DNA of 64,000 nt from Octopus sinensis (Eukaryota): positions 32,797,360 through 32,861,359 of the forward strand of contig NC_043019.1 in NCBI RefSeq assembly GCF_006345805.1, in the 5' to 3' direction. This document shows positions 38,301-52,015 of the stretch, one piece after another (the first letter of the stretch is position 1; every line of letters starts with the position of its first letter). The notes under the pieces are model-generated. The model ran no database searches. It saw nothing but the letters and a program-made list of their open reading frames with translations, and was not told where the DNA came from. A program made the translations under genes and the position numbers.

Positions 38301-39528
38301 GGTAGATGGAAACTGAAAGAAGCCTGTCGTGTATATGTATGTATATATGTATATATATGTGTGTATATATGTTTGTGTGTCTGTGTTTGTCCCCCTATCA
38401 TTGCTTGACAACCGATGCTGGTGGGTTTACGTCCCCGTCACTTAGCGGTTTGGCAAAAGAGACCGATAGATAGAATAAGTACTGGGCTTACAAAGAAGAA
38501 GTCCCAGGGTTGATTTGCTCGACTAAACGTGGTGCTCCAGCATGGCCGCAGTCAAATAACTGAAACAAGTAAAAGAGTGAAAGAGAGAGAGAGAGAGTAT
38601 CACCATCGTCAATTTAGTGTCTACTTCTCCATGCTTTTTTATCAATCTAATTATTTATATATTTAATTATTTATTTCAGCACATGGTATGCACAAACAAC
38701 CACCTACCAATCACCCACAAGTGTGCCATTCATGGTCTGTTGGCTGCTTACTTAAATCTGCTATGTCATTTGATGTCCATTCCTGCATTCTCAGAACATG
38801 TCAACCAGGTAAAGGATAAATTCTTGGTGTTTTTGTTTTCTTTTCTCATGCAGTTTGGCTGCGGGCCAACCTTCACTCATCAGATCTATGGCCAAAATGA
38901 TTGCTTTTGCCCTTCAGCATTTAAACTGGCCATATCAGGCCAAAATATTCAATTTGCTTTATGCTCAAATTGTCCAGATCTAGTCTCTTACACCAGCCCT
39001 ACAATATCATTCTAAAAATTAAATTATCTCATCAAAATCTGACAGCCAAGGTGTCATAACTACATTATATATATATATATATCATCATCATCATCATCAT
39101 TTAGCATCCGCTTTCCATGCTAGTATGGGTTGGACGGGTCAACTGGGGTCTGTGAAGCTGGAAGGCTTCGTCAGGCCCAGTCAGATCTGGCAGTGTTTCT
39201 ACAGCTGGATGCCCTTCCTAATGCCAACCACTCCACGAGTGTAGTGAGTGTTTTTTTACGTGCCACCTGCACAGGTGCCAGACAGAGCTGGCAAACGGCC
39301 ACGAACGGATGGTGCTTTTACGTGTCACCGGCACGGGGCCAGGCGAGGCTGGCAACGAACACAAACGGATGGTGCTTTTACGTGCCACCGACACGGGGGC
39401 CAGACAGAGCTGGCAAACGGCCAATAGCGAATGGTGCTTTTACGTATCACCGACACGGGTGCCAGACAAGGCTGGCAGCGGACACGAACGGCTGGTTCAT
39501 ATATATATATATGTGTGTGTGTGTGTGT

Positions 39529-39563
<35 letters not shown>

Positions 39564-42500
39564 GTGTGTGTATGTATATATGTGTGTATGCATATATATG
39601 TGTATGTATATATGTGTATGTATATATGTGTATGTATATATGTGTATGTATATATGTATGTATATATATATGTATGTATATATATATGTATGTGTATATA
39701 TATATGTATGTATGTGTATGTATATATATATATGTGTATGTATGTATGTGTATGTATATATATATATATATGTGTATGTATGTATGTGTATGTATATATA
39801 TATATGTGTATGTATATATATATATATGTGTATGTATGTATGTGTATGTATATATATGTGTATGTGTATGTATATATATATGTGTATGTGTATGTATATA
39901 TATGTATGTGTATGTATATATATGTATGTGTGTATGTATGTATGTGTATATATATATATATGTATGTGTATATGTATGTATGTGTATGTATATATATATG
40001 TATGTGTGTATGTATGTATGTGTATGTATATATATGTATGTGTGTATGTGTGTATGTATATATATGTATGTATGTATGTGTATGTATGTATGTGTATGTA
40101 TATATATGTATGTGTGTATGTATGTATGTGTATGTATGTATGTGTATGTATATATATGTATGTGTGTATGTATGTATGTGTGTATGTATGTATGTATATA
40201 TATATGTATGTGTATATATATATATGTATGTGTATGTATATATGTGTATGTATATATATATATGTATGTATATATGTGTATGTATATATGTGTATGTATA
40301 TATATATATGTATGTATATATGTGTATGTATATATATATATGTATGTATATATATATATGTATGTATATATGTGTATGTATATATATATATGTATGTATA
40401 TATGTGTATGTATATATATATATGTATGTATGTATGTGTATGTATATATATATATGTATGTATGTATGTATGTGTATGTATATATATATATGTATGTATG
40501 TGTGTATGTATATATATATATATGTATGTATATATGTGTGTATGTCGTCATCATCATCATCATCATCATCATTTAGCATATAATATATATATATATTTAT
40601 TTGTGTGTGTGTGTTCTCTTTCCTAGGTGCTTGAATCCCGATCACAGGAAGCCTCATTCCTGCTGCCAGAGTTTGCCTTCAATCGTAAAAACAAGCCTAG
40701 CAGGTTAGTATAATGACACCTTTTCATTCCTTCTTTATTTATTTCTATTGTGATTATTCTTTTTAAATTTGCTATTTGAGTTACAGCAACATTATCAGCA
40801 GGTGCACAATAGACCAGTTTCTGGTTCACTACATTCCTGGTAATAAAAAATAGGGTGTCTCTCTATCTCTGTACAAGAAGTTGTTTGCAGTGTACCAATG
40901 TTTGGCATTTTCATTGATAATAGCTCATGCACCCATACAATGTTGTGCTGTGTCAGTTGTGGACACATATTGAGAAAGAAATATACAGTTGACTAAATTT
41001 GTATACTTTCTTAGTGAATGACTGCTATATATTTTATCAACCCTGCTTAATCTCTGGGAAATCTGAACAAAGCTTGTTATAATGATAGCACAGGTGCCAT
41101 TGATGTGTCTACAACCTGTGACTACAACCTGACCTGTATGGTGCTTTTTATGTGCCACTGGCAAGGGTGCCAGTCAAACAGCACTGGCATCAGCCCTGAC
41201 TACAACCTCACTTGTATGGTGCTTTTTATGTGCCACTGGCAAGGCTGCCAGTCAAACAGCCCTGGCATCAGCCATGACTACAACCTCACTTGTATGGTGC
41301 TTTTTATGTGCCACTGGCAAGTGTGCCAGTCAAATAGCACTGGCATCAGCCGTGACTACAACCTCACTTGTATGGTGCTTTTTATGTGCCACTGGCAAGT
41401 GTGCCAACCAAACAGCACTGGCGTCAGCCGTGACTACAACCTCACCTGTATGGTGCTTTTTATGTGCCACTGGCAAGGCTGCCAGTCAAACAGCACTGGC
41501 ATCAGCCATGACTACAACCTCACTTGTATGGTGCTTTTTATGTGCCACTGGCAAGTGTGCCAGTCAAACAGCACTGGCATCAGCCGTGACTACAACCTCA
41601 CTTGTATGGTGCTTTTTATGTGCCACTGGCAAGTGTGCCAACCAAACAGCACTGGCGTCAGCCGTGACTACAACCTCACTTGTATGGTGGTTTTTATGTG
41701 CCACTGGCAAGGGTGCCATTCAAACAGCACTGGCATCAGCCGTGACTACAACCTGACCTGTATGGTGCTTTTTATGTGCCACTGGCAAGGCTGTCAGTCA
41801 AACAGCCCTGGCATCAGCCATGACTACAACCTCACTTGTATGGTGCTTTTTATGTGCCACTGGCAAGTGTGCCAGTCAAATAGCACTGGCATCAGCCGTG
41901 ACTACAACCTCACTTGTATGGTGCTTTTTATGTGCCACTGGCAAGTGTGCCAACCAAACAGCACTGGCGTCAGCCGTGACTACAACCTCACCTGTATGGT
42001 GCTTTTTATGTGCCACTGGCAAGGCTGCCAGTCAAACAGCACTGGCATCAGCCATGACTACAACCTCACTTGTATGGTGCTTTTTATGTGCCACTGGCAA
42101 GTGTGCCAGTCAAACAGCACTGGCATCAGCCGTGACTACAACCTCACTTGTATGGTGCTTTTTATGTGCCACTGGCAAGTGTGCCAACCAAACAGCACTG
42201 GCGTCAGCCGTGACTACAACCTCACTTGTATGGTGGTTTTTATGTGCCACTGGCAAGGGTGCCATTCAAACAGCACTAGCATCAGCCGTGACTACAACCT
42301 CACCTGTATGGTGCTTTTTATGTGCCACTGGCAAGGCTGCCAGTCAAACAGCCCTGGCATCAGCCATGACTACAACCTCACTTGTATGGTGCTTTTTATG
42401 TGCCACTGGCAAGTGTGCCAGTCAAACAGCACTGGCGTCAGCCGTGACTACAACCTCACTTGTATGGTGCTTTTTATGTGCCACTGGCAAGGGTGCCAGT

Positions 42501-45500
42501 CAAACAGCACTGGCATCAGCCCTGACTACAACCTCACTTGTATGGTGCTTTTTATGTGCCACTGGCAAGGGTGCCAGTCAAACAGCACTGGCATCAGCCA
42601 TGACTACAACCTCACTTGTATGGTGCTTTTTATGTGCCACTGGCAAGTGTGCCAGTCAAACAGCCCTGGCATCAGCCATGACTACAACCTCACTTGTATG
42701 GTGCTTTTTATGTGCCACTGGCAAGTGTGCCAGTCAAACAGCACTGGCGTCAGCCGTGACTACAACCTCACTTGTATGGTGCTTTTTATGTGCCACTGGC
42801 AAGTGTGCCAACCAAACAGCACTGGCGTCAGCCGTGACTACAACCTCACTTGTATGGTGCTTTTTATGTGCCACTGGCAAGGCTGCCAGTCAAACAGCCC
42901 TGGCATCAGCCATGACTACAACCTCACTTGTATGGTGCTTTTTATGTGCCACTGGCAAGTGTGCCAGTCAAACAGCACTGGCGTCAGCCGTGACTACAAC
43001 CTCACTTGTATGGTGCTTTTTATGTGCCACTGGCAAGGGTGCCAGTCAAACAGCACTGGCATCAGCCCTGACTACAACCTCACTTGTATGGTGCTTTTTA
43101 TGTGCCACTGGCAAGGGTGCCAGTCAAACAGCACTGGCGTCAGGCGTGACTACAACCTCACTTGTATGGTGCTTTTTATGTGCCACTGGCAAGGGTCCCA
43201 GTCAAACAGCACTGGCGTCAGCCGTGACTACAACCTCACCTGTATGGTGCTTTTTATGTGCCATTGGCAAGGGTGCCAGTCAAACAGCCCTGGCATCAGC
43301 CGTGACTACAACCTGACCTGTATGGTGCTTTTTATGTGCCACTGGCAAGGGTGCCAGTCAAACAGCCCTGGCGCAGCCGTGACTACAACCTCACCTGTAT
43401 GGTGCTTTTTATGTGCCACTGGCAAGGGTGCCAGCCATACAGCACTGGCGTCAGCCGTGACTACAACCTCACTTGTATGGTGCTTTTTATGTGCCACTGG
43501 CAAGGGTGCCAATCAAACAGCACTGGCGTCAGCCGTGACTACAACCTCACTTGTATGGTGCATTTTATGTGCCACTAGCAAGGGTGCCAGTCAAACAGAA
43601 CTGGTATCAGCCGTGACTACAACCTCACCTGTATGGTGCTTTTTATGTGCCACTGGCAAGGGTGCCAGTCAAACAGCACTGGCGTCAGCCGTGACTACAA
43701 CCTCACTTGTATGGTGCTTTTTATGTGCCACTGGCAAGGGTGCCAATCAAACAGCACTGGCGTCAGCCGTGACTACAACCTCACTTGTATGGTGCTTTTT
43801 ATGTACCACTGGCAAGGGTGCCAATCAAACAGCACTGGCATCAGCCGTGACTACAACCTCACCTGTATGGTGCTTTTTATGTGCCACTGGCAAGGGTGCC
43901 AGTCAAACAGCCCTGGCATCAGCCGTGACTACAACCTCACTTGTATGGTGGTTTTTATGTGCCACTGGCAAGGGTGCCAATCAAACAGCACTGGCATCAG
44001 CCATGACTACAACCTCACTTGTATGGTGGTTTTTATGTGCCACTGACAAGGGTGCCAATCAAACAACACTGGCGTCAGCCGTGACTACAACCTCACCTGT
44101 CTGGTGCTTTTTATGTGCCACTGGCAAGGGTGCAAATCAAACAGCACTGGCGTCAGCCGTGACTACAACCTCACTTGTATGGTGCTTTTTATGTGCCACT
44201 GGCAAGGGTGCCAATCAAACAGCACTGGCGTCAGCCGTGACTACAACCTCACTTGTATGGTGCTTTTTATGTGCCACTGGCAAGGGTGCCAGTCAAACAG
44301 CACTGGTGTCAGCCGTGACTACAACCTCACCTGTATGGTGCTTTTTATGTGCCACTGGCAAGGGTGCCAGCCAAACAGCACTGGCGTCAGCCGTGACTAC
44401 AACCTCACTTCTATGGAGGTTTTTATGTGCCACTGGCAAGGGTGCCAATCAAACAGCACTGGTGTCAGCCGTGACTACAACCTCACTTGTATGGTGCTTT
44501 TTATTTGCCAGTCAAACAGCACTGGCATCAGCCGTGACTACAACCTCACCTGTATGGTGCTTTTTATGTGCCACTGGCAAGGGTGCCAGTCAAACAGCCC
44601 TGGCATCAGCCGTGACTACAACCTCACTTGTATGGTGGTTTTTATGTGCCACTGGCAAGGGTGCCAATCAAGCAGCACTGGCGTCAGCCGTGACTACAAC
44701 CTCACTTGTATGGTGCTTTTTATGTGCCACTGGCAAGGGTGCCAGTCAAACAGCACTGGCGTCAGCTGTGACTACAACCTCACCTGTATGGTGCTTTTTA
44801 TGTGCCACTGGCAAGGGTGCCAGTCAAACAGCACTGGCGTCAGCAACCTCACTTGTATGGTGCTTTTTATGTGGCACTGGCAAGGGTGCCAATCAAACGG
44901 CACTGGCGTCAGCCGTGACTACAACCTCACTTGTATGGTGGTTTTTATGTGCCACTGGCAAGGGTGCCAATCAAACAGCACTGGCGTCAGCCGTGACTAC
45001 AACCTCACTTGTATGGTGCTTTTTATGTGCCACTGGCAAGGGTGCCAGTCAAACAGCCCTGGCATCAGCCGTGACTACAACCTCACTTGTATGGTGGTTT
45101 TTATGTGCCACTGGCAAGGGTGCCAATGAAACAGCACTGGCGTCAGCCGTGACTACAACCTCACTTGTATGGTGCTTTTTATGTGCCACTGGCAAGGGTG
45201 CCAGTCAAACAGCCCTGGCATCAGCCGTGACTACAACCTCACTTGTATGGTGGTTTTTATGTGCCACTGGCAAGGGTGCCAATCAAACAGCACTGGCGTC
45301 AGCCGTGACTACAACCTCACTTGTATGGTGCTTTTTATGTGCCACTGGCAAGGGTGCCAGTCAAACAGCACTGGCGTCAGCCGTGACTACACCCTCACCT
45401 GTATGGTGCTTTTTATGTGCCACTGGCAAGGGTGCCAATCAAACAGCACTGGCGTCAGCCGTGACTACAACCTCACCTGTATGGTGCTTTTTATGTGCCA

Positions 45501-48500
45501 CTGGCAAGGGTGCCAGTCAAACAGCACTGGCGTCAGCCGTGACTACACCCTCACCTGTATGGTGCTTTTTATGTGCCACTGGCAAGGGTGCCAATCAAAC
45601 AGCACTGGCGTCAGCCGTGACTACAACCTCACCTGTATGGTGCTTTTTATGTGCCACTGGCAAGGGTGCCAGTCAAACAGCACTGGCGTCAGCCGTGACT
45701 ACAACCTCACTTGTATGGTGCTTTTTATGTGCCATTGGCAAGGGTGCCAATCAAACAGCACTGGCGTCAGCCGTGACTACAACCTCACCTGTATGGTGCT
45801 TTTTATGTGCCACTGGCAAGGGTGCCAGTCAAACAGCACTGGCGTCAGCCGTGACTACAACCTCACTTGTATGGTGCTTTTTATGTGCCATTGGCAAGGG
45901 TGCCAATCAAACAGCACTGGCGTCAGCCGTGACTACAACCTCACTTGTATGGTGCTTTTTTTGTGCCACTGGCAAGGGTGCAAATCAAACAGCACTGGCG
46001 TCAGCCCTGACTACAACCTCACTTGTATGGTGGTTTTTATGTGCCACTGGCAAGGGTGCCAATCAAACAGCACTGGCGTCAGCCGTGACTACAACCTCAC
46101 TTGTATGGTGCTTTTTATGTGCCACTGGCAAGGGTGCCAGTGAAACAGAACTGGTATCAGCCGTGACTACAACCTCACCTGTATGGTGCTTTTTATGTAC
46201 CTCTGGCAAGGGTGCCAATCAAACAGCACTGGCGTCAGCCGTGACTACAACCTCACTTGTATGGTGGTTTTCATGTGCCACTGGCAAGGGTGCCAACCAA
46301 ACAGCACTGGCGTCAGCCGTGACTACAACCTCACTTGTATGGTGCTTTTCATGTACCACTGGCAAGGGTGCCAATCAAACAGCACTGGCATCAGCCGTGA
46401 CTACTACTTCACCTGTATGGTGCTTTTTATGTGCCACTGGCAAGGGTGCCAGTCAAACAGCCCTGGCATCAGCCGTGACTACAACCTCACTTGTATGGTG
46501 GTTTTTATGTGCCACTGGCAAGGGTGCCAATGAAACAGCACTGGCGTCAGCCGTGACTACAACCTCACTTGTATGGTGCTTTTTATGTGCCACTGGCAAG
46601 GGTGCCAGTCAAACAGCACTGGCGTCAGCCGTGACTACAACCTCACCTGTATGGTGGTTTTTATGTGCCACTGGCAAGGGTGCCAGTCAAACAGCACTGG
46701 CGTCAGCCGTGACTACAACCTCACATGTATGGTGGTTTTTATGTGCCACTGGCAAGGGTGCCAATCAAACAGCACTGGCGTCAGCCGTGACTACAACCTC
46801 ACTTGTATGGTGCTTTTTATGTACCACTGGCAAGGGTGCCAGTCAAACAGCACTGGCATCAGCCGTGACTACAACCTCACTTGTATGGTGGTTTTTATGT
46901 GCCACTGGCAAGGGTGCCAATCAAACAGCACTGGCGTCAGCCGTGACTACAACCTCACTTTTATGGTGCTTTTTATGTGCCACTGGCAAGGGTGCCAGTC
47001 AAACAGCACTGGTGTCAGCCGTGACTACAACCTCACCTGTATGGTGCTTTTTATGTGCCACTGGCAAGGGTGCCAGCCAAACAGCACTGGCGTCAGCCGT
47101 GACTACAACCTCACTTGTATGGTGGTTTTTATGTGCCACTGGCAAGGGTGCAAATCAAACAGCACTGGCGTCAGCCCTGACTACAACCTCACTTGTATGG
47201 TGCTTTTTATGTGCCACTGGCAAGGGTGCCAGTCAAACAGCACTGGCGTCAGCCGTAACTACAACCTCACCTGTATGGTGCTTTTTATGTGCCACTGGCA
47301 AGGGTGCCAGTCAAACAGCCCTGGCATCAGCCGTGACTACAACCTCACTTGTATGGTGGTTTTTATGTGCCACTGGCAAGGGTGCCAATCAAACAGCACT
47401 GGCGTTAGCCGTGACTACAACCTCACTTGTATGGTGCTTTTTATGTGCCACTGGCAAGGGTGCCAGTCAAACAGCACTGGCGTCAGCCGTGACTACAACC
47501 TCCCTTGTATGGTGCTTTTTATGTGCCACTGGCAAGGGTGCCATTCAAACAGCACTGGCATCAGCCGTGACTACAACCTCACTTGTATGGTGCTTTCTAT
47601 GTGCCACTGGTGCTTTTCATGTGCCAGTTACATAACACTGGCATTGGCCAGACTATGATCTCACTTACGGCATTGGACACAGCTACGATTTCACTTGGCT
47701 TGGCAGGTCTTTTCAAACACAGCACAAATGATAGTATTTTTTTTCCTAGTAATAAATCTTTCAAAATTGATGCTACTTATCTACTCTAGAGAATTCTGTA
47801 TGTCTTATCATATTCCTGTCTCTTTTTCTCAACAGTTACCCGATTGATTTCACGCTCCGAGAGAACTGGTTGTTCTCCCAGAAAGCCATAGCCGAGAGCT
47901 TACAGAACAATGGTCACGATACTGCTGGTTTGGATGTTCCTTTCAGTCTGAGACCTCTTGGTATAGGTTCGTAGACGCTATTTTTTTCCTTCTCTCTCAT
48001 TTTCCACCTATTTGCTCTGCACTTTCTCATCCAACTTTTATTTCTCCTTCCTTTATGCATATACATATATCATCGCCATCATCATTTAACACTCGCTTTC
48101 CATACTGGCACGGGATTAGATGGTTTGATTGGAACTGTCAAACTGGAGAGCTGCACCAGGTTTGGTGGCTGCCCCCTCGTTATCGAGTATGGCCATTGCA
48201 TGAAGCTTAATCAATGTTGTTATCGTGCAATGCCTGTGCAAGAAGATTTTTTTTTAAAGTGAGGAAAGGCTGTGCTCTGAGTCAATCTCACTCACTAAGC
48301 AACAGCAGCCATAATCCAAAAAGAAGAACAAGTCAACATCATCGGTAACCACTGAGCCGCAGATTTATATCGGAGTTATCCCAGTTACCTGAGTTACCTT
48401 CTCCTAGAATGATGCCCTAACAAAGGCTAGGAGTCCTTCACTCCCAATGGTTTAACTGCGCGATCGGGTATTCAGTCCGATTATTTCTATGTCTCCACGC

Positions 48501-51500
48501 ATGATACAGCCTTAAGACATTTATTGGATGGCCGTTGACTCTCAAGAGTTCCTCCGCATTTTGACAGGTTTTGTTTTTCATCCCGCAGGGTGACCAATAA
48601 ACACCCTCCTCACCAAGCAAGCTTGGTGGGGTTGCCGGTTTAGTCGCCGATGACCCGACCATGCAACAGGTTGTACTGGGTTACATGTTACCAGTAGCAC
48701 TCGAAAGTGACCTGACTAGGTTTACATGCATGCATGCATACATACATACACATGAAGCGGGAGGGTGTACTGAAAAGTTCCTGGCTTTAAGAGTGTTGCG
48801 AAAGGCCTGTTTGGAAACCCAACCTTCCGAGTTCCTTCATGAGGCTCTGCAAAACTGAAGGCTTGCTGCATTAAGTATGTGAATCCGAGAGAGGAATCAT
48901 CATCGTTTAACGTCCGCTTTCCATGCTAGGATGAGTTGGACGGTTCGACTGGGGTCTGGGAAGCCAGGAGGCTGCACCAGACTCCAGTCTGATCTGGCAG
49001 TGTTTCTACAGCTGGTTGTCCTTCCTAACGCTAATATGTTGAGTAAAATCATAATTAACTGATCCCCTTGTATTTCATTTTACCCAAAGCCAGGAACTTT
49101 TCAGCACCCACTTCTAATTACACACACACATACACACGCATACACACACACACACACACACATATATATATCTATATATACACAGATACACACATCCATG
49201 CAAATATACATTTCTGTATACATACATTTATATTTCAAACAATTACAAAGAACACAGAGACTGGTGTGTCATCAGATTTTTCTTTTGATTTTGTAATTGG
49301 TCATACTTCATAATTATTTGATTATATTATACCTTAATTAGTATGACTAACTGTAAAATTAAAAGAAATACTAGACAATGTACTAGTCTCTATATTATTT
49401 GTAATGTTTTGAAATTTACACTTCTGGTAATATTCCTAATCCAGAGAAGCGAACCCAGAGTTACCCATCAGAAGAATTATTGCAGGATTTCTCAGACTAA
49501 GCAATCATCATCATCATCATCATCAACAACCGTTTTCCATGCTAGCATGGGTTGGACGTTTCGACCGGGGTCTGGGAAGCCAGGAGGCTGCACCAGGCTC
49601 CAGTCTGATCTGGCAGTGTTTCTACAGCTGGATGCCCTTCCTAACACCAACCACACCGTGAGTGTAATGGGTGCTTTTTACGTGCCACCGTCACAGGTGC
49701 CAGGGGAGGCTGGCAACAGCCACGATCAGTTGGTGCTTTTTACGTGCCCCAACCGATTGTAGCTGTTGCCAGCCTCCTCGGCCTCCTGTGCTGGTGGCAC
49801 ATAAAAAGCACCCACTACACTCACGGTGTGGTTGGTGTTAGGAAGGGCATCCAGCTATAGAAACACTGCCAGATCAGACTGGAGCCTGGTGCAGCAGTCT
49901 GATCTGGCAGTGTTTCTACAGCTGGATGCCCTTATCATTGATATTTATTGCTACTGGATGTGGTTAACTGTAACCTGGAATATATGTACCACAGAACTAT
50001 CACAGTACCTGCCTAGATAATTTATCCCTATATACTTACCTTACACACACACACACACACACATGTATACACATACTTACAAATATACATATGTATATAA
50101 CGCAAATATTGTGGCTGGTGCTAGCGGCCATGCTGGGGCACCACCGTTCGGTGTTGCTACATGATTTTACTTCACGAATGCTTTTTAGCAATTGACATTT
50201 GGTGCATGAGAGAGTTTGATGCAGCTGCCCTCATCTGCACCTCCTGCCATGAAGTTGGTTCATCTGGGACACCTGACAGGAAGAGGTCCAGCTTTATTTG
50301 AAAGACATCTGCATCCACCCTATGCAGGTCTCTCAGGTCCTTCGGGAGGATATTGAAGAGCTGTGGACCTCTGAAGCCCAGGCTATCGCAGTATCTTGTC
50401 CTACATCTTGATTCATAATAAATTCATAATGTTTATGAATTTGAAATTTTTTTTCAACTCCATTTCACTGTAGTCGTAGATACTTCCTTAGGTGTTGCAT
50501 TCTTGTTTCTGCACCTTTCCATGATCGCATGGGTTGGAGCAAATTTGTTGAAGTTAATTTTCAAGAGAAATGTGTTTGCCTGCCATCCTTTCAAAGTCAG
50601 TGAAATAAATACCAGTTATGCATTAGTACTTGCAAGCATCCTCCAGGTCCTCGCCCACGAGAGATATTGGCTGCCAGATGTCAGTTGGAACCAATGACCT
50701 CATCACCTTTGACTTGGCGGTATTGATTCGGAGACCAACCGCGGCTGCTGCCGCTTGAACATCCTCCCTTCCATCTGTCCTTCTGCAATGGCGCTTGCGG
50801 TGGTTTGGCCATGTATGTAGGTGTCCGGTGGGTGAACTGAGCTGTGATGTCCTTCTCCCCACTCCACTTCCCAACTGGCGGAAACGCGCGGGCGGGCAGC
50901 TGAAGACCTGGGTTACGACAATCAAGGAGGACCTCTCCAAGCTCACGGGTCCACAGGTGGTCAGCCTGCGCCGATGGAACCGTGACTGGCTCGCTATCTC
51001 CAGTGAACTGGCGCAGGAGCTGCCATGGTTCGAATGCCTCGAGGGTGGTAGAAGAAGCCGACTCAGAACGCCCAGGGTGAATATCGCCACAAGCACAAGT
51101 AGCAAGTACTTGCAAACAGATGAGGGCTGGTGACAGCAAAGGTAACTTGGCAGAATTTGAACTCAGAACATAAAGCTGAATGAAATGCCGCTAAGCATTT
51201 TGCCCAGCATGCTAACAATTCTGCCAGCTCACCATTCTTTCATTCTCTTCATATGAAAAAAAAAAGATTGCTCTGACATGTTTCATGGCTGGTTGGCCAC
51301 TCTTCAGAGGACAAGCTTCTCCCACCCATCTGCTTACAGAGAGAACTATGTAGCAATCACTATTTAAATCAGTCAAAAACTAGTTCCTGACTATAATGCT
51401 TAGATTGATGTACATATCATGCAATTGTGGTATTCATTTTTCAGGTGACACCAGTGATATGACACACAGCACAAGCGATATCCATTCGGTGAACCTGGAT

Positions 51501-51925
51501 TTTGATAGCACTAATGGATCACCTACAGTACCAAAGGTAAGTTTGGTAGAAGCAAAAAAAAAAATAATGTGGGAGCCTCTACATAGTCATTCGACCTGCT
51601 AGAAATAGCAGTCAAATCTCTCCTCAAACCCTACCTCTTTCTTTTTCTTTCTCTCTTTTACTTGTTTCAGTCATTTGACTGCGGCCATGCTGGAGCACCG
51701 CCTTTAGTCGAGCAACTCGACTGTAGGACTTATTCATTGTAAGCCCAGTACTTATTCTATCGGTCTCTTTTGCCGAACCGCTAAGTGACGGGGACGTAAA
51801 CACATCAGCATCAGTTATCAAGCGATGTTGGGGGGGACAAACACAGACACGCAAACATATACATACATACATACATACATACATACATACATACACACAT
51901 ACACACATACACACATACACACACA

Positions 51926-52015
<90 letters not shown>

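Noticed and set aside
39130-40657. 380-500 aa YICV/HTYI-rich ORFs on both strands
   Set aside because: TA/TG microsatellite lacks stop codons by composition.
41108-47610. CRISPR-like regular array (also 26931-27622)
   Set aside because: Units are contiguous with no unique spacers; eukaryotic intron; no cas genes.
41105-47658. 2176-aa and other Cys-rich ORFs
   Set aside because: They are translations of the 78-bp satellite. The long ORF changes peptide frame at a 2-bp deletion near 43372, lies within an EFR3 intron and has no gene context.
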